DNA from: Minisyncoccota bacterium
GTDB taxonomy: Bacteria; Patescibacteriota; Minisyncoccia; UBA6257; UBA9933
NCBI GenBank assembly: GCA_041653755.1
Contig: JBAZEU010000001.1
Location: 65,398 to 129,397, forward strand
Reading direction: 5' to 3'
Length of the DNA: 64,000 bases
In this document: piece by piece, positions 19,499 to 31,022 of the stretch
How the letters are laid out: each line of letters starts with the position of its first letter
Numbering within the stretch: position 1 is the stretch's first letter
Notes under the pieces: generated by a model
Database searches by the model: none
What the model was told of the DNA's origin: nothing
What the model saw: only the letters and a program-made list of their open reading frames with translations
Made by a program: the position numbers and the translations under genes

Positions 19499-20530
19499 AT
19501 GATAAAAATTGCTATCAATGGTTTTGGGAGGATTGGCCGATTATTATTTCGGCAGATTTGCGATGATGAACGGCTGGAGATAGTCGCTATAAACGATTTA
19601 GGCGATTTGGCCAATTTAGCTTATTTATTAAAATACGATACGGTTTATCGGGGTTTTCCGGGTGAAATAAAAACAGCCCAAAAAGGTGGGAAGAATTATT
19701 TAGTTGTAGACGATAAAGAGATTTTGGTTTTACAGGAAAAAGACCCGACAAAACTGCCGTGGAAGGAGTTAGGCGTTGATATTGTTGTTGAAGCCACCGG
19801 CGTTTTTGAATCATTTGAAAAAGCAAAAGTTCATTTGGATGCCGGAGCCAAAAGAGTTGTTTTAACTGCGCCGGCAAAAGATGCAGAAGGCACTGATGGC
19901 GGAAGGACGGTTTTAATCGGGATAAATGATGGAGAAATAACATCAACAGTTTTGACTTCAAACGGTTCCTGTACCACCAATGCCGTTGCGCCGGTTATCG
20001 AAGTTTTAAAAGAAAATCCAGGAATCGAGAAAGCGGTTTTGAATACAGTGCACGCTCTAACTAATACTCAAACAATCGTAGACAGCCCAGTGAAAGGGAA
20101 TGATTTCAGACGTGGAAGGGCAGGAGCTCACAATATGGTCCCGTCGACAACCGGTGCGGCAAAGACAGTTGGAAAAGTTATTAAAGAAGTTGATGGAAAA
20201 TTCGACGGCATCGCGATTCGAGTGCCAATTGTCTGTGGATCGATCGCTGATATTACTTTTATTTCAGAAAAGAAAACATCAGTTGAAGAAATCAACGAAA
20301 TTTTTAGGAAAGCCGCGAAATCTGAAAAATGGCAGGGAATTTTACAGGTCTCCGAAGACCCGATTGTTTCATCGGACGTAATCGGCATTGACGCGGCTAG
20401 TTTAGTTGATCTGCCTTTCACAAAAGTAGTTGACGGAAATTTAGTAAAAGTTTTGGCGTGGTATGACAACGAGTGGGGATATGTTACGACCTTGGTCAAT
20501 CATATTTTGAAGGCAGGAGAGAGTTTATAG
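19499..20530 (+). CDS. gap: Glyceraldehyde-3-phosphate dehydrogenase, type I
   Basis: INGFGRIGR, SCTTN, PSTTGAAK, WYDNEWGY. Confidence 0.97.
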   Translation: MIKIAINGFGRIGRLLFRQICDDERLEIVAINDLGDLANLAYLLKYDTVYRGFPGEIKTAQKGGKNYLVVDDKEILVLQEKDPTKLPWKELGVDIVVEATGVFESFEKAKVHLDAGAKRVVLTAPAKDAEGTDGGRTVLIGINDGEITSTVLTSNGSCTTNAVAPVIEVLKENPGIEKAVLNTVHALTNTQTIVDSPVKGNDFRRGRAGAHNMVPSTTGAAKTVGKVIKEVDGKFDGIAIRVPIVCGSIADITFISEKKTSVEEINEIFRKAAKSEKWQGILQVSEDPIVSSDVIGIDAASLVDLPFTKVVDGNLVKVLAWYDNEWGYVTTLVNHILKAGESL

Positions 20531-20612
20531 ATTTTTGGTTCTATCTTGGAAACAGTGAAATCAATATTAGCTTCATTTACAATATAATTACAACCGAAAA
20601 GGAGGACAAAAG

Positions 20613-20819
20613 ATGAGACCTGGATTTTGGGGGGAGTTAAGGACTCTCAGGGATGGATTACGGATGGATAAGGAATATCTTGAAGCTGCACCTCTTGGTC
20701 CGCAGCAAAAGAGAAATCTCCAAAGAAGTATTGCGAAACAACGAGAACGGATAAGAAAGATGGAAAAAGAATTTCGCGAAAGCAAGAAAGAGAAAGCAAA
20801 AAAGGGCTCTGGAAATTAG
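20613..20819 (+). CDS. 68-aa basic coiled-coil microprotein (orphan cassette)
   Basis: AAAAGGAGG SD; terminator overlapping stop. Confidence 0.65.
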   Translation: MRPGFWGELRTLRDGLRMDKEYLEAAPLGPQQKRNLQRSIAKQRERIRKMEKEFRESKKEKAKKGSGN

Positions 20820-20830
20820 AGCCCTTTTTT
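20798..20830 (+). terminator. Intrinsic terminator
   Basis: AAAGGGCTCT-ggaaatt-AGAGCCCTTTTTT. Confidence 0.75.
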
Positions 20831-20860
20831 AATTCTTGCAGGTTGATATAATGAAAACAT

Positions 20861-21529
20861 ATGGATTCAAAAGAGCTCGCCAAAAAATTAGATCATACGA
20901 ATATTAAGCCGGAAGCTACCGAGGCGGATATTAGAGAAAGCTGCGCAGAAGCGAAACAATATGGTTTCCGTGGAGTTTGCGTTAATCCGGAATGGACTAA
21001 GGTCGCTTCGGAAGAGTTAAAAGGAACGGGCGTAAAAACCGTTGTTCTTATTGATCCGCCGATGGGGCAGTCGTCGAAAGAAGAGAGAATTGCTGTGGCT
21101 AAAAAAGCGAAAAAAGACGGAGCAGATGATTTGGATATTGTGATGAATGTGGTTGATTTGAAATACGAAAGATACGACAAAGTTTTAGATGATTTAAAAG
21201 CGATTTGTGTTTTGGGCGATACAAAAGTAATTATTGGTTCGGGATATTTAATCGACGAAGAGGTTGTTAAGGCCTCGGCTCTTGCGAAACAAGCCGGAGC
21301 GATTTGCGTAAAAACAGCGACATTCAAAGATCCTTTGGAAGAAAGGGAAATCGATGAAAAAGTCAGGCATTTGAAATTAATGCGAGAGGCCGCGCCCGGA
21401 CTTTTAATTAAGGCATCAGGAAATATAAAAAATTTGGCAGAAGTTCAGAAAGCATTAGCAGCCGGAGCGGATATTATAGGAACGAGCTCGTCGGTGGGGA
21501 TAATAAAAGAGTTAGAACTTAGAAAATAA
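20861..21529 (+). CDS. deoC: Deoxyribose-phosphate aldolase-like protein
   Basis: LDHTNIKPEAT, GVCVNP, GADDLDIVMN, IKASG, IGTSS. Confidence 0.85.
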   Translation: MDSKELAKKLDHTNIKPEATEADIRESCAEAKQYGFRGVCVNPEWTKVASEELKGTGVKTVVLIDPPMGQSSKEERIAVAKKAKKDGADDLDIVMNVVDLKYERYDKVLDDLKAICVLGDTKVIIGSGYLIDEEVVKASALAKQAGAICVKTATFKDPLEEREIDEKVRHLKLMREAAPGLLIKASGNIKNLAEVQKALAAGADIIGTSSSVGIIKELELRK

Positions 21530-21536
21530 AAATTTC

Positions 21537-22544
21537 ATGTACGACATCATAACAATCGGTAGTGCGGCCAAAGACATGTTCTTGCGGGGGATTGATTTTG
21601 TAAACTGTAAATCAGGTGATTTTAAGACCGGCAAAGGAATTTGTTTGGGATCGGCGTCTAAAAATAATGTTTCGCAGGCAGATTTATTAAATGGTGGTTC
21701 GGCGGTGAATACGGCTATTACTTTTTCAAGGCAAGGGTTAAAAACCGGAGCGATTTTCAGAGTCGGCGATGATTTATTCGGGGAAGACATAAAAAACTTT
21801 CTTAAAAAAGAAAGAGTTGGTGAAAAGCTTTGCCAAATAGACCTGCCTTCCGGCAGGCAGGATAAGAAAAATTCTACTGCTTTTTCGGTAGTTTTTTTGG
21901 ATAAAAATGGCGAAAGAACGATTTTAGATTATAAAGGCGTTGGCAAAAATATAAGCGAAAAAGAAATCTCTTGGTCAAAAATTAAAACCAAATGGCTTTA
22001 TGTTGGGACTCTCGGCGGCAATAAACAACTTTTAGAAAAGATTTTTTCCTTTGCGAAAGCGAATAAAATTAAGTTAGCCGGAAATCCGAGCTTGGCTGAT
22101 TTGAAAGTGCTAAAAGCCAGTCCGAAATTATTGAAGAATTATGATGTTTTTATATTAAACCAAGAAGAAGCGTCTTATTTAACTGGCATTGGCTATGGAA
22201 AGGAAAAAGAAGTTTTTAAAAAACTGGACAAATTAGTTGATGGAATCGTAGTGATGACAAAAGGCGTGAAAGGCGTTTCGATTTCAGATGGAAAAACTCT
22301 GTGGCAAGCCAAGGCCTTTCCGCAGAAGGCATTTGATAGAACTGGCGCCGGGGATGCTTTCGGGTCAGGGTTTGTTGCGGGCTTAGCGCAAGCTAAAAAC
22401 ATAGAATATTGTATTCGTTTAGCAATGGCCAATGCCACCGGAGTAGTGGAGAAACTTGGAGGGAATGCCGGAGCCCTGACAAAAAATGAATTCATAAAAT
22501 CAAAGCGTTTTAAGAAAATAAATCTTACAAAGATCACTTTATGA
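21537..22544 (+). CDS. PfkB-family carbohydrate kinase
   Basis: GGSAVNTA, NQEEA, DRTGAGDAFGSGF. Confidence 0.92.
   Translation: MYDIITIGSAAKDMFLRGIDFVNCKSGDFKTGKGICLGSASKNNVSQADLLNGGSAVNTAITFSRQGLKTGAIFRVGDDLFGEDIKNFLKKERVGEKLCQIDLPSGRQDKKNSTAFSVVFLDKNGERTILDYKGVGKNISEKEISWSKIKTKWLYVGTLGGNKQLLEKIFSFAKANKIKLAGNPSLADLKVLKASPKLLKNYDVFILNQEEASYLTGIGYGKEKEVFKKLDKLVDGIVVMTKGVKGVSISDGKTLWQAKAFPQKAFDRTGAGDAFGSGFVAGLAQAKNIEYCIRLAMANATGVVEKLGGNAGALTKNEFIKSKRFKKINLTKITL
21842..21861. repeat. In-frame palindromic insert (LPSGRQ)
   Basis: CCTGCCTTCCGGCAGGCAGG, identical to 43973-43992. Confidence 0.85.
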
Positions 22545-23800
22545 CCGAAACAGCGATTGAAAAGATTGCTAAAATTTTAAGAGCTGATAAGCATATTATC
22601 GAGGCCTTGGAGAAAAAACTTTCGCAGACGACCGGCAAAACCGGGGTTTTTGAAAAAATCCTTAATGAAAACGAACAAGCCATTGATAAGGCCTGTTTAA
22701 TTTTAGGGTTGAAAAGAGAGTCCAAAGCCAAAGAAGTTTATGATTCTTTGATTTCAAAAATTGAAGCAGATGATAATTTGCTTTTTGAGGGTCTCAAGAG
22801 GCCATCAATGGAGACATTCGAAGGATGTAATCATATTCTCGAAATCGCTAAAAAGCTAGTTGGTTCTAAAAAGGGATTTTTCTTGAAAATAGAAAAAGCC
22901 AAAGAGATTTTAGAGCAAAATCCGCCAAAAAATATCCTTAAATTCTTTGGCTGCTTAACTGTTAAGGAATTATTGGAAAAAGAAAATATTTTGGAAGTTT
23001 TTTGCGCTTTAAGGTTCATTGAAGACGCGGATTGGCTGAAAGACATTTTTTTAAACAAATACCAGGAGTTAAAACCAACGGATTTTGAAGAGAGGGAAAT
23101 ACAGACTTTAACTATTAGCTCGAAAGTTGCCGTTGCTGCCGCTGAATTCATCCAGAAGAAATATCATAATATCAGCCACCTAAAAGAACTGGGAATTATT
23201 TTTATTTTACCGGTTTCTTTAAATGTTTCAGGAGAGTTAATTAGAGATTTCAGTTTAATCCTCCATTATTTTTACGAAATCGCATTTTATAGCGGACTTT
23301 TTAAAGAATTATCTAAGAATGAAAAAGAATTTTCTTCCGGTTTAGTTTCTTTATTGAGGGGCGAAGGAACGGAAAAAATGTCAGAAGTTGGAGGGGACAA
23401 TAGATGGCTAATTATCCAGAGGTATTTAGCCAAAGACGATGAAAACGATTGGCGGTTATTTACGCCCCATATTAATCCTGAAGCGCTTCACTGGGAAAAA
23501 GCGGAGAAAAGCTTGGTTAAAGCCGGGGCAATGCTTGACAGTTTTTCAGGCGAACTTTCGTTCTGGGACAATTTAAGCTGGGTTGGGGATTATTTCAAAA
23601 GCGAAACAGGAGTCGATATTTTGGTGAGCTTTAACATTGTCGACACGGCCATGTCTTTGGTAAAGGAAAAGGAACTGATAAAATATCTATATCATCATCA
23701 GGAGGCACTTTGGAACAAGATATTTATTGAGTATTTTGGTGAAGAAAAACTAGAAGAATCGTTAAAAGAAAATATTATTAAGGGATACTTCAATCTTTAA
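22541..23800 (+). CDS. Hypothetical protein
   Basis: 419-aa ORF coupled between pfkB-like gene and fba. Confidence 0.8.
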   Translation: MTETAIEKIAKILRADKHIIEALEKKLSQTTGKTGVFEKILNENEQAIDKACLILGLKRESKAKEVYDSLISKIEADDNLLFEGLKRPSMETFEGCNHILEIAKKLVGSKKGFFLKIEKAKEILEQNPPKNILKFFGCLTVKELLEKENILEVFCALRFIEDADWLKDIFLNKYQELKPTDFEEREIQTLTISSKVAVAAAEFIQKKYHNISHLKELGIIFILPVSLNVSGELIRDFSLILHYFYEIAFYSGLFKELSKNEKEFSSGLVSLLRGEGTEKMSEVGGDNRWLIIQRYLAKDDENDWRLFTPHINPEALHWEKAEKSLVKAGAMLDSFSGELSFWDNLSWVGDYFKSETGVDILVSFNIVDTAMSLVKEKELIKYLYHHQEALWNKIFIEYFGEEKLEESLKENIIKGYFNL

Positions 23801-23824
23801 TTAAGAATGCAGAATTAAGAATTA
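23799..23824. repeat. Heptamer (AGAATTA/AGAATGC) repeat, intergenic copy
   Basis: AATTAAGAATGCAGAATTAAGAATTA, identical to 56694-56719. Confidence 0.8.
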
Positions 23825-24711
23825 TGAAGTCATTATTAGAAACAATTTTAGAAGCCAAGAAAGATAAAAAAGCCATTGGGCATTTTAATGTTTCTAATTT
23901 AGAAACGATTAAAGCGATTATCGGGGCGGCTCAAAGAGAAAACGTTCCGGTTATCATTGGAGTGTCTGAAGGGGAAAGAAGTTTCATCGGTTTAAGACAG
24001 GTGGCGGCTTTGATAAAGAACTATAGAGAAGAATTGTCTTTTCCGATTTTTTTAAATGCCGATCATACTCATTCTTTGATCAAAGCTAAGCAGGCGATTG
24101 AAGCCGGTTTTGATGCCATAACCTTTGATCTTAGCGGTTTGCCATTAGAAGAAAATATTAAGCAAACCAAAGAAATAGTTGCTTATAAAAAATCCATCAA
24201 CTCAGAAGTTTTAATTGAAGGGGAAACAAATCCTATTTGGGGAAAGTCAGAAGTTTTATCGGAAGTGCCCAAGGAGGTGGCGGAAGCGGTTAGAGAAATA
24301 AATATGACTAAGCCTGAATTGGCTAAACAGTTCGTCAAAGAAACTGGCGTTGATTTGCTTGCTCCGGCAACAGGGAATATCCACGGAGTGGTTAAAGACG
24401 GGAAGTCAGACGTTATAATAAAACCCAAGATAGATATTGAAAGAATAAAAGAAATTTCTAAAGTGGTGGATGTGCCGTTGGTGCTGCATGGCGGTTCCGG
24501 CATACCGGAAGAGGACTTAAAACAGGCGATTGAAGCAGGAGTTTCAATAATTCATATCAATACGGAGCTTCGTCTCACTTGGCGGAATTCGCTGGAAGAA
24601 AAACTAAAAAAGTACCCCAATGAAATTATTCCATACAAAATAATGCCGGAAGTAATTTTCGACATTGAAAATTTGGTGGAGAAAAAATTGCGAATTTTTA
24701 ACGGAAAATAA
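23824..24711 (+). CDS. fba: Class II fructose-bisphosphate aldolase
   Basis: GHFNV, NADH, GNIHG, VLHGGSG, HINTELR. Confidence 0.92.
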   Translation: MKSLLETILEAKKDKKAIGHFNVSNLETIKAIIGAAQRENVPVIIGVSEGERSFIGLRQVAALIKNYREELSFPIFLNADHTHSLIKAKQAIEAGFDAITFDLSGLPLEENIKQTKEIVAYKKSINSEVLIEGETNPIWGKSEVLSEVPKEVAEAVREINMTKPELAKQFVKETGVDLLAPATGNIHGVVKDGKSDVIIKPKIDIERIKEISKVVDVPLVLHGGSGIPEEDLKQAIEAGVSIIHINTELRLTWRNSLEEKLKKYPNEIIPYKIMPEVIFDIENLVEKKLRIFNGK

Positions 24712-24713
24712 AC

Positions 24714-26129
24714 TTATCCAGTAATGGTTTTAATATCGTCTTCAAATCCAGCGGCACGATTCACGGCAGCTTGACCATAATCCCACAGGTGATAACTCCA
24801 TCTGCTGCCAGCATAATATTTAGCGGCTGCTTTTCTTTCAGCTGAAGTTGTTTGCTGATCTGCGCCTAAATCTTTCAGGTAAAGAGCCGAAGCGACAAAC
24901 GCATCAGCATTATTCCAAGGATTAGCTGGGTTGTGTCCAGTAACTTTGGCAACCCTATCCTTATAAGCGTTCCAGGTCGAGGGGATAAATTGAGCCGGGC
25001 CCATTGCTCCGCCATAAACACCGTCAGAATTTGCGCAGGAAACTTTTACCGAGTCAGGAGAGATATTCAACTCCGCAAGAATTTTTAAGAACACAGGGAT
25101 ATCTCTGGTCGGATGCATTGCCGTTTGGTAATTACATTGGCCGACATTTTTTCCCAGAGCTGATTCTCCTTGGAGGATAGACAATAGAAAAGCGGCTCTT
25201 ACGCCCGTAGCGTCTTCGGCCATCTTCGCAATTTTATAAGCATCGCCGAAAGACATCTCTCCGCCGCCCAATAATTTAAAGATTCTGCTTCTTATTTCAG
25301 CAGCAGTTTGTTTTGTCTGCGCCAAAAGTTGTTGATATTTTGATTCCTGGCCTTTGGTTTCTGTGAGGAGGGTAGTTTTCTGTTGTTGGGTTTGTTTAAT
25401 GTTTTGTTTCTGGGATTCTTGATAGGCCTTTAATGCCTGAACATCTGATTTTTCTAAAGATAATTGTGTCTTTTGTTCAACGAGTTTTTGATGAAGGTCG
25501 GTTATTTTTTGAACAGCTGCCGCTACGCTATCTTTTATAGTCAAAAGGTTATTGGTTTCTGAAAAGAAATCAGAGAGATTTGGGTTTTTTAGGATAACAG
25601 TCATTAACCCTTCATTATCGTTCTCATAAACAAGCTGCAGGGTTTGTTCCAGAGCATTTTTTTGAACATCCAAATCGCTTTCAGTTGATGAAATTTGAAC
25701 TGTTGTGTCAGAAATTTCCCGATCCAGCTTCTGGAGATTAAGAGTTACGGCTTTAATCTGAAGGTTTAATTGTTTTATGCTCGCTTCAAGGCGTTTTATT
25801 TCGCTTGATAGAGTACTTCCTTTTTGTTTATAAGAATTTACCAATGCTTGTTGTTGGTCCATCTGCACTTGTAATGTTTGAAGCTGACTTTCTAATGCTT
25901 GTCTTTCCTGGTCTGTAGCTTGGTTTGCTTGAGCCAAAGAACTGCTGCTCGGAGCTTTGGCCAGTCCGAAAATTAAGGCAATTGCAGCAAAAGAAATAAC
26001 CGCTATCTTGGTTATTTTTTTCAACGGCAAATAAATCGTTTTTGAGCTGGAGAGGTTAACGAGATTTAAAAGATTCCTCCCCGAGAGCAGTTTTTTCCCT
26101 TTTACATCGCTTAAAAAGGAAGGTTTCAT
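24714..26129 (-). CDS. Coiled-coil lytic murein transglycosylase
   Basis: N-terminal TM, long coiled coil, ES..G.N.G, GGAMGPAQFIPSTW. Confidence 0.85.
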   Translation of the reverse strand: MKPSFLSDVKGKKLLSGRNLLNLVNLSSSKTIYLPLKKITKIAVISFAAIALIFGLAKAPSSSSLAQANQATDQERQALESQLQTLQVQMDQQQALVNSYKQKGSTLSSEIKRLEASIKQLNLQIKAVTLNLQKLDREISDTTVQISSTESDLDVQKNALEQTLQLVYENDNEGLMTVILKNPNLSDFFSETNNLLTIKDSVAAAVQKITDLHQKLVEQKTQLSLEKSDVQALKAYQESQKQNIKQTQQQKTTLLTETKGQESKYQQLLAQTKQTAAEIRSRIFKLLGGGEMSFGDAYKIAKMAEDATGVRAAFLLSILQGESALGKNVGQCNYQTAMHPTRDIPVFLKILAELNISPDSVKVSCANSDGVYGGAMGPAQFIPSTWNAYKDRVAKVTGHNPANPWNNADAFVASALYLKDLGADQQTTSAERKAAAKYYAGSRWSYHLWDYGQAAVNRAAGFEDDIKTITG

Positions 26130-26143
26130 ATATGAGAGTTTTT

Positions 26144-26824
26144 TTATTTAACTGGTTTAGCTGGCTCGTCGGCCCCTTCTTCTGTTTTTTCTTTTTCTGC
26201 CTGTGCGCGTTTAGCTTCAGCTTCGGTAACGATTTCGTCTACTTTCGGTTCTTCAACAACTACCTCTTCTTCTTTAGCTTTTTCAGTAATGGTAGCCACA
26301 ACTGTTTGAGGATCAACCAAAACTTTTACATCTTTAGGGATAGAAAGATCACCGACGTGAATATTTTTCCCAATGTCGTCGAGGGATGATAAATCAACCT
26401 TAATAGAGTGGGGGAGATTGGCAGGCAAAGCTTCCACTTTTATTTCGTGCATCGCCTTTACCAAAACGCCATCTTTTTCTTTGATAGCCGGTGCTTCGCC
26501 AACGAAGTCCAAAGGCGTAGCCACGATAATTTTTTCAGTCATTTTAACTTGGTAGAAATCAACGTGGATGATTTCATCGGTTAAAGCATTTTTTTGGATG
26601 TCGTGAACGAGAACTGGGATTTTTTTATCATCAACTACAAGGTTAATGATTTCGTTTTCCCCGGCTACTTTAAAAACATCTGAGAACTCTTTTTTAGGCA
26701 AGCCGAGGTGAATATTTTTTACGTTATGGCCGTAAAGTTCAGCCGGAATAACACCGGTTTCTCTAAGTTGGCTGACTGCTTTTCCTAATATTTCTCTTTT
26801 TTGCGCAATAATTTCAGTATTCAT
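26144..26824 (-). CDS. rplY: 50S ribosomal protein L25/CTC
   Basis: LRETGVIPAELYG, HVDFYQV, GEAPAIK..GVL. Confidence 0.93.
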   Translation of the reverse strand: MNTEIIAQKREILGKAVSQLRETGVIPAELYGHNVKNIHLGLPKKEFSDVFKVAGENEIINLVVDDKKIPVLVHDIQKNALTDEIIHVDFYQVKMTEKIIVATPLDFVGEAPAIKEKDGVLVKAMHEIKVEALPANLPHSIKVDLSSLDDIGKNIHVGDLSIPKDVKVLVDPQTVVATITEKAKEEEVVVEEPKVDEIVTEAEAKRAQAEKEKTEEGADEPAKPVK

Positions 26825-26862
26825 ATTATGTATTGTATCAGATTTTTAATGATTCGTAAAAT

Positions 26863-27603
26863 TTACTGATTTATTTTTTGGAATGCTTTGATTATCGGTT
26901 CTAAATCTCCTTCTAAAATTTTCTCGATATTATGAAATTTCTTTCCGATTCGATGATCGGTAACACGGTCATCGGGGAAATTGTAAGTCCTGATTTTTTC
27001 CGATCGTTCGCCCAGACCTATTTGATCCCGGCGGAGCTTACCAAGCTTTATTTGCTCCTCAATTCGTATGTTCTCATAGATTTTAGAACGCAAGATGCCC
27101 ATTGCTGTTTCACGGTTGGCATGCTGGGACCGGCCAGCTTGAGATGCCACTACTGTACCAGTCGGCTTATGAACAATTCTTACTCCTGTTTCTACCTTAT
27201 TTACGTTTTGGCCGCCAGGACCCGAAGACCTAAAGAAGGAAAGTTCTAAGTCGTTGGGGTTTATTTGAATTTCTTTTTGTTCTACTTCGGGGAGGATAGC
27301 GACTGAAGCGGTCGAAGTATGAACTCGGCCGGCTTTTTCGGTTTTAGGTATCCTTTGGATGCGGTGGACACCAGTTTCGTTTTTTAATAAATCGTAAATC
27401 TTTTCGTTCGGATTTTCAGAATTCGCGATTTCCGCCACAACGCTTTTATAACCGCTTAAAGATGTCTGATTAAAATCTATAATAGTAAATTGCCAACCCT
27501 TATTTAGAGAAAACCTTTGGTACATTCTTAAAAGATCGGCAGCAAAAATAGCGGCTTCGTCTCCGCCTACTCCCGCTCGAATTTCTAATATAACTTTATC
27601 CAT
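26863..27603 (-). CDS. prfA: Peptide chain release factor 1 lacking N-terminal domain 1
   Basis: LEIRAGVGGDEA, GVHRIQRIPKTE (PxT), GPGGQNVNK, IRTYNFP. Confidence 0.88.
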   Translation of the reverse strand: MDKVILEIRAGVGGDEAAIFAADLLRMYQRFSLNKGWQFTIIDFNQTSLSGYKSVVAEIANSENPNEKIYDLLKNETGVHRIQRIPKTEKAGRVHTSTASVAILPEVEQKEIQINPNDLELSFFRSSGPGGQNVNKVETGVRIVHKPTGTVVASQAGRSQHANRETAMGILRSKIYENIRIEEQIKLGKLRRDQIGLGERSEKIRTYNFPDDRVTDHRIGKKFHNIEKILEGDLEPIIKAFQKINQ

Positions 27604-27680
27604 GATTTTTTTAACAAAAATAGCGTTCAGGTTAAAAAGATAAAATGATTTTTATCCTTTTGGAAAACCCAAACGCTTTA

Positions 27681-27926
27681 CTATTTTGATTTCTTCTTTC
27701 GGATTTTTTTAGCGGTTTTCGGCTTCGCTTTTGCTTTCCTGGATTTAAATCTTTCAGCTCTGCCGGCAGTATCGAGCAAAACATTTTTTCCGGTGTAGAA
27801 CGGATGGCAGGCGTAACAAATTTCCACCTGAATTTCCGGCTTGGTTGAACCAACAGTGAAGGTATTGCCGCAAGCGCAGCTAACCTTGGCTTTTGGATGG
27901 TATTCTGGATGAATGTCTTTTTTCAT
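27681..27926 (-). CDS. rpmE: 50S ribosomal protein L31
   Basis: [21 protein letters not shown]. Confidence 0.95.
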   Translation of the reverse strand: MKKDIHPEYHPKAKVSCACGNTFTVGSTKPEIQVEICYACHPFYTGKNVLLDTAGRAERFKSRKAKAKPKTAKKIRKKKSK

Positions 27927-27956
27927 ACTTTCAAAGCTTATCACTAATTTTTTTTC

Positions 27957-28010
27957 TTGACAAGGGTTTTCAGTTAGATATAATGGAAGCTTGAGTTGAA
28001 CTTTGATAAT
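27957..28010 (+). promoter_or_regulatory. rRNA promoter and boxA-like element
   Basis: TTGACA-16 nt-TATAAT (27957-27984); AACTTTGATAAT near 27999. Confidence 0.8.
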
Positions 28011-28172
28011 AGAATAACAACCAGATCCTTCTGGTTGTACAAAATAGCAATCAGAATTTTTCTGGTTGCCCCAAATTAGGATTTAAAAGTTTTTAGTCAA
28101 AGGCGTAGAGATTTTTGTTACGGTTTCTAACTGTGACAAAATTTTCTGCGTCTTAACGACAAAGAAATTTTT

Positions 28173-29652
<1,480 letters not shown>

Positions 29653-29813
29653 ATTAAATAAAATTTTTTGTTCGATGTCCGATGAAAATCGGAAAAAAGC
29701 ATTGGTCGAGGAGCTTTAAGTTTCGACTGTTGGGGTAACTAGAAAAGTTCTGAATGAATTAGGACTTATGTGTTCGATTGTGTAAAGTATTAAAGTTTTG
29801 TACAATGATACTT

Positions 29814-30200
29814 ATGGAAGTTTCTCGCAAAATTTTATTAGTTGAGGACGATACCTTTTTGTCTTCGTTGTTAAAGAATCGTCTTCAGAAGGAGAATTTA
29901 GAAGTAGTTCTGGCCAAAGATGGCGAGGAAGCTTTGCTGTTGTTAAAAGATTCCAAACCAGAGCTTATTCTTTTAGATTTGATTCTTCCGAAAAAGTCAG
30001 GGTTCGAAGTTATGGAAGATCTTAAGTCTAATCCTTCTCTACAGGGTCAAGATATCCCCGTTATTATAATTTCTAATCTTGGCCAGGAAGCGGATATTAA
30101 AAAAAGCGAAGAGTTGGGCGCGGTAGAGTATTTTATTAAAGCAAAAACTTCTTTAGACGATTTAGTAAAAAAGATTAAGGATTTCTTAAAGGTAAAATAA
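29814..30200 (+). CDS. Single-domain response regulator
   Basis: ILLVEDD, LLDLILP, IISN, FIKA; start chosen from TACAAT 7 nt upstream. Confidence 0.9.
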   Translation: MEVSRKILLVEDDTFLSSLLKNRLQKENLEVVLAKDGEEALLLLKDSKPELILLDLILPKKSGFEVMEDLKSNPSLQGQDIPVIIISNLGQEADIKKSEELGAVEYFIKAKTSLDDLVKKIKDFLKVK

Positions 30201-30327
30201 CTGGGTTATCCCCATTTTTCTTCTTGCTACGCTTTTTATCTAAAGGTATCGCTCGCTGGACTTCTAATTTTACTCCGCCAACAGCGCCGTATTAAAGATT
30301 CTTCAAATTGTTGTATAATAAACACCA

Positions 30328-31020
30328 ATGAAAATCGGTGGTTTTCAAAAATTTTCTTTGATTGATTATCCGAAAAAATCCTCGGCTATTATTTTTACTC
30401 AAGGATGCAGTTTTCGTTGCGATTATTGTCATAATCCAGAATTGTTAAATCCATTACTTTTCCAAGATTTAATTCCGGAAGAAGAAATTTTGGAATTTCT
30501 TGAAAAAAGAAAAGATAAATTGGATGCGGTGGTAGTAAGCGGCGGAGAACCATTTGTCCAGCCGGATTTGGAAAGTTTTTTGAAAAAAATAAAAGCGCTT
30601 GGCTACTTAATAAAGCTTGATACCAACGGCAGTTTCCCAGATAGGTTGGAAAAAGTGATTGAAGAAAAATTAGTTGATTATATCGCGATGGACATTAAAG
30701 GACCGTTCGAAAAATATCACCAAATCAGCAATTCAAAAATTGATTTAGGAAAAATTAAAAAAAGTATTAAGTTAATAACGAATTCCGGTATTGATTACGA
30801 ATTTAGAACTACTATTGTAAGGTCGCAACTTTCAGAAAATGATTTTGTAAAAATAGGGGAGATGATAAAAGGAGCAAAATTGTATGCTCTCCAAAAATTT
30901 ATTCCTACAAAAACCTTGAACCCGGAATTTTTAAAGGAAGTTTCGTATTCTGATGAAGAGCTTGAAAAGACTAGGCAGAATCTGATAGAATTATTTGGTA
31001 TTAACTGTATTATTCGTTAG
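30328..31020 (+). CDS. nrdG: Anaerobic ribonucleotide reductase activating enzyme (radical SAM)
   Basis: GCSFRCDYCHNP, SGGEP, KLDTNGS, YEFRTT. Confidence 0.88.
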   Translation: MKIGGFQKFSLIDYPKKSSAIIFTQGCSFRCDYCHNPELLNPLLFQDLIPEEEILEFLEKRKDKLDAVVVSGGEPFVQPDLESFLKKIKALGYLIKLDTNGSFPDRLEKVIEEKLVDYIAMDIKGPFEKYHQISNSKIDLGKIKKSIKLITNSGIDYEFRTTIVRSQLSENDFVKIGEMIKGAKLYALQKFIPTKTLNPEFLKEVSYSDEELEKTRQNLIELFGINCIIR

Positions 31021-31022
31021 AG

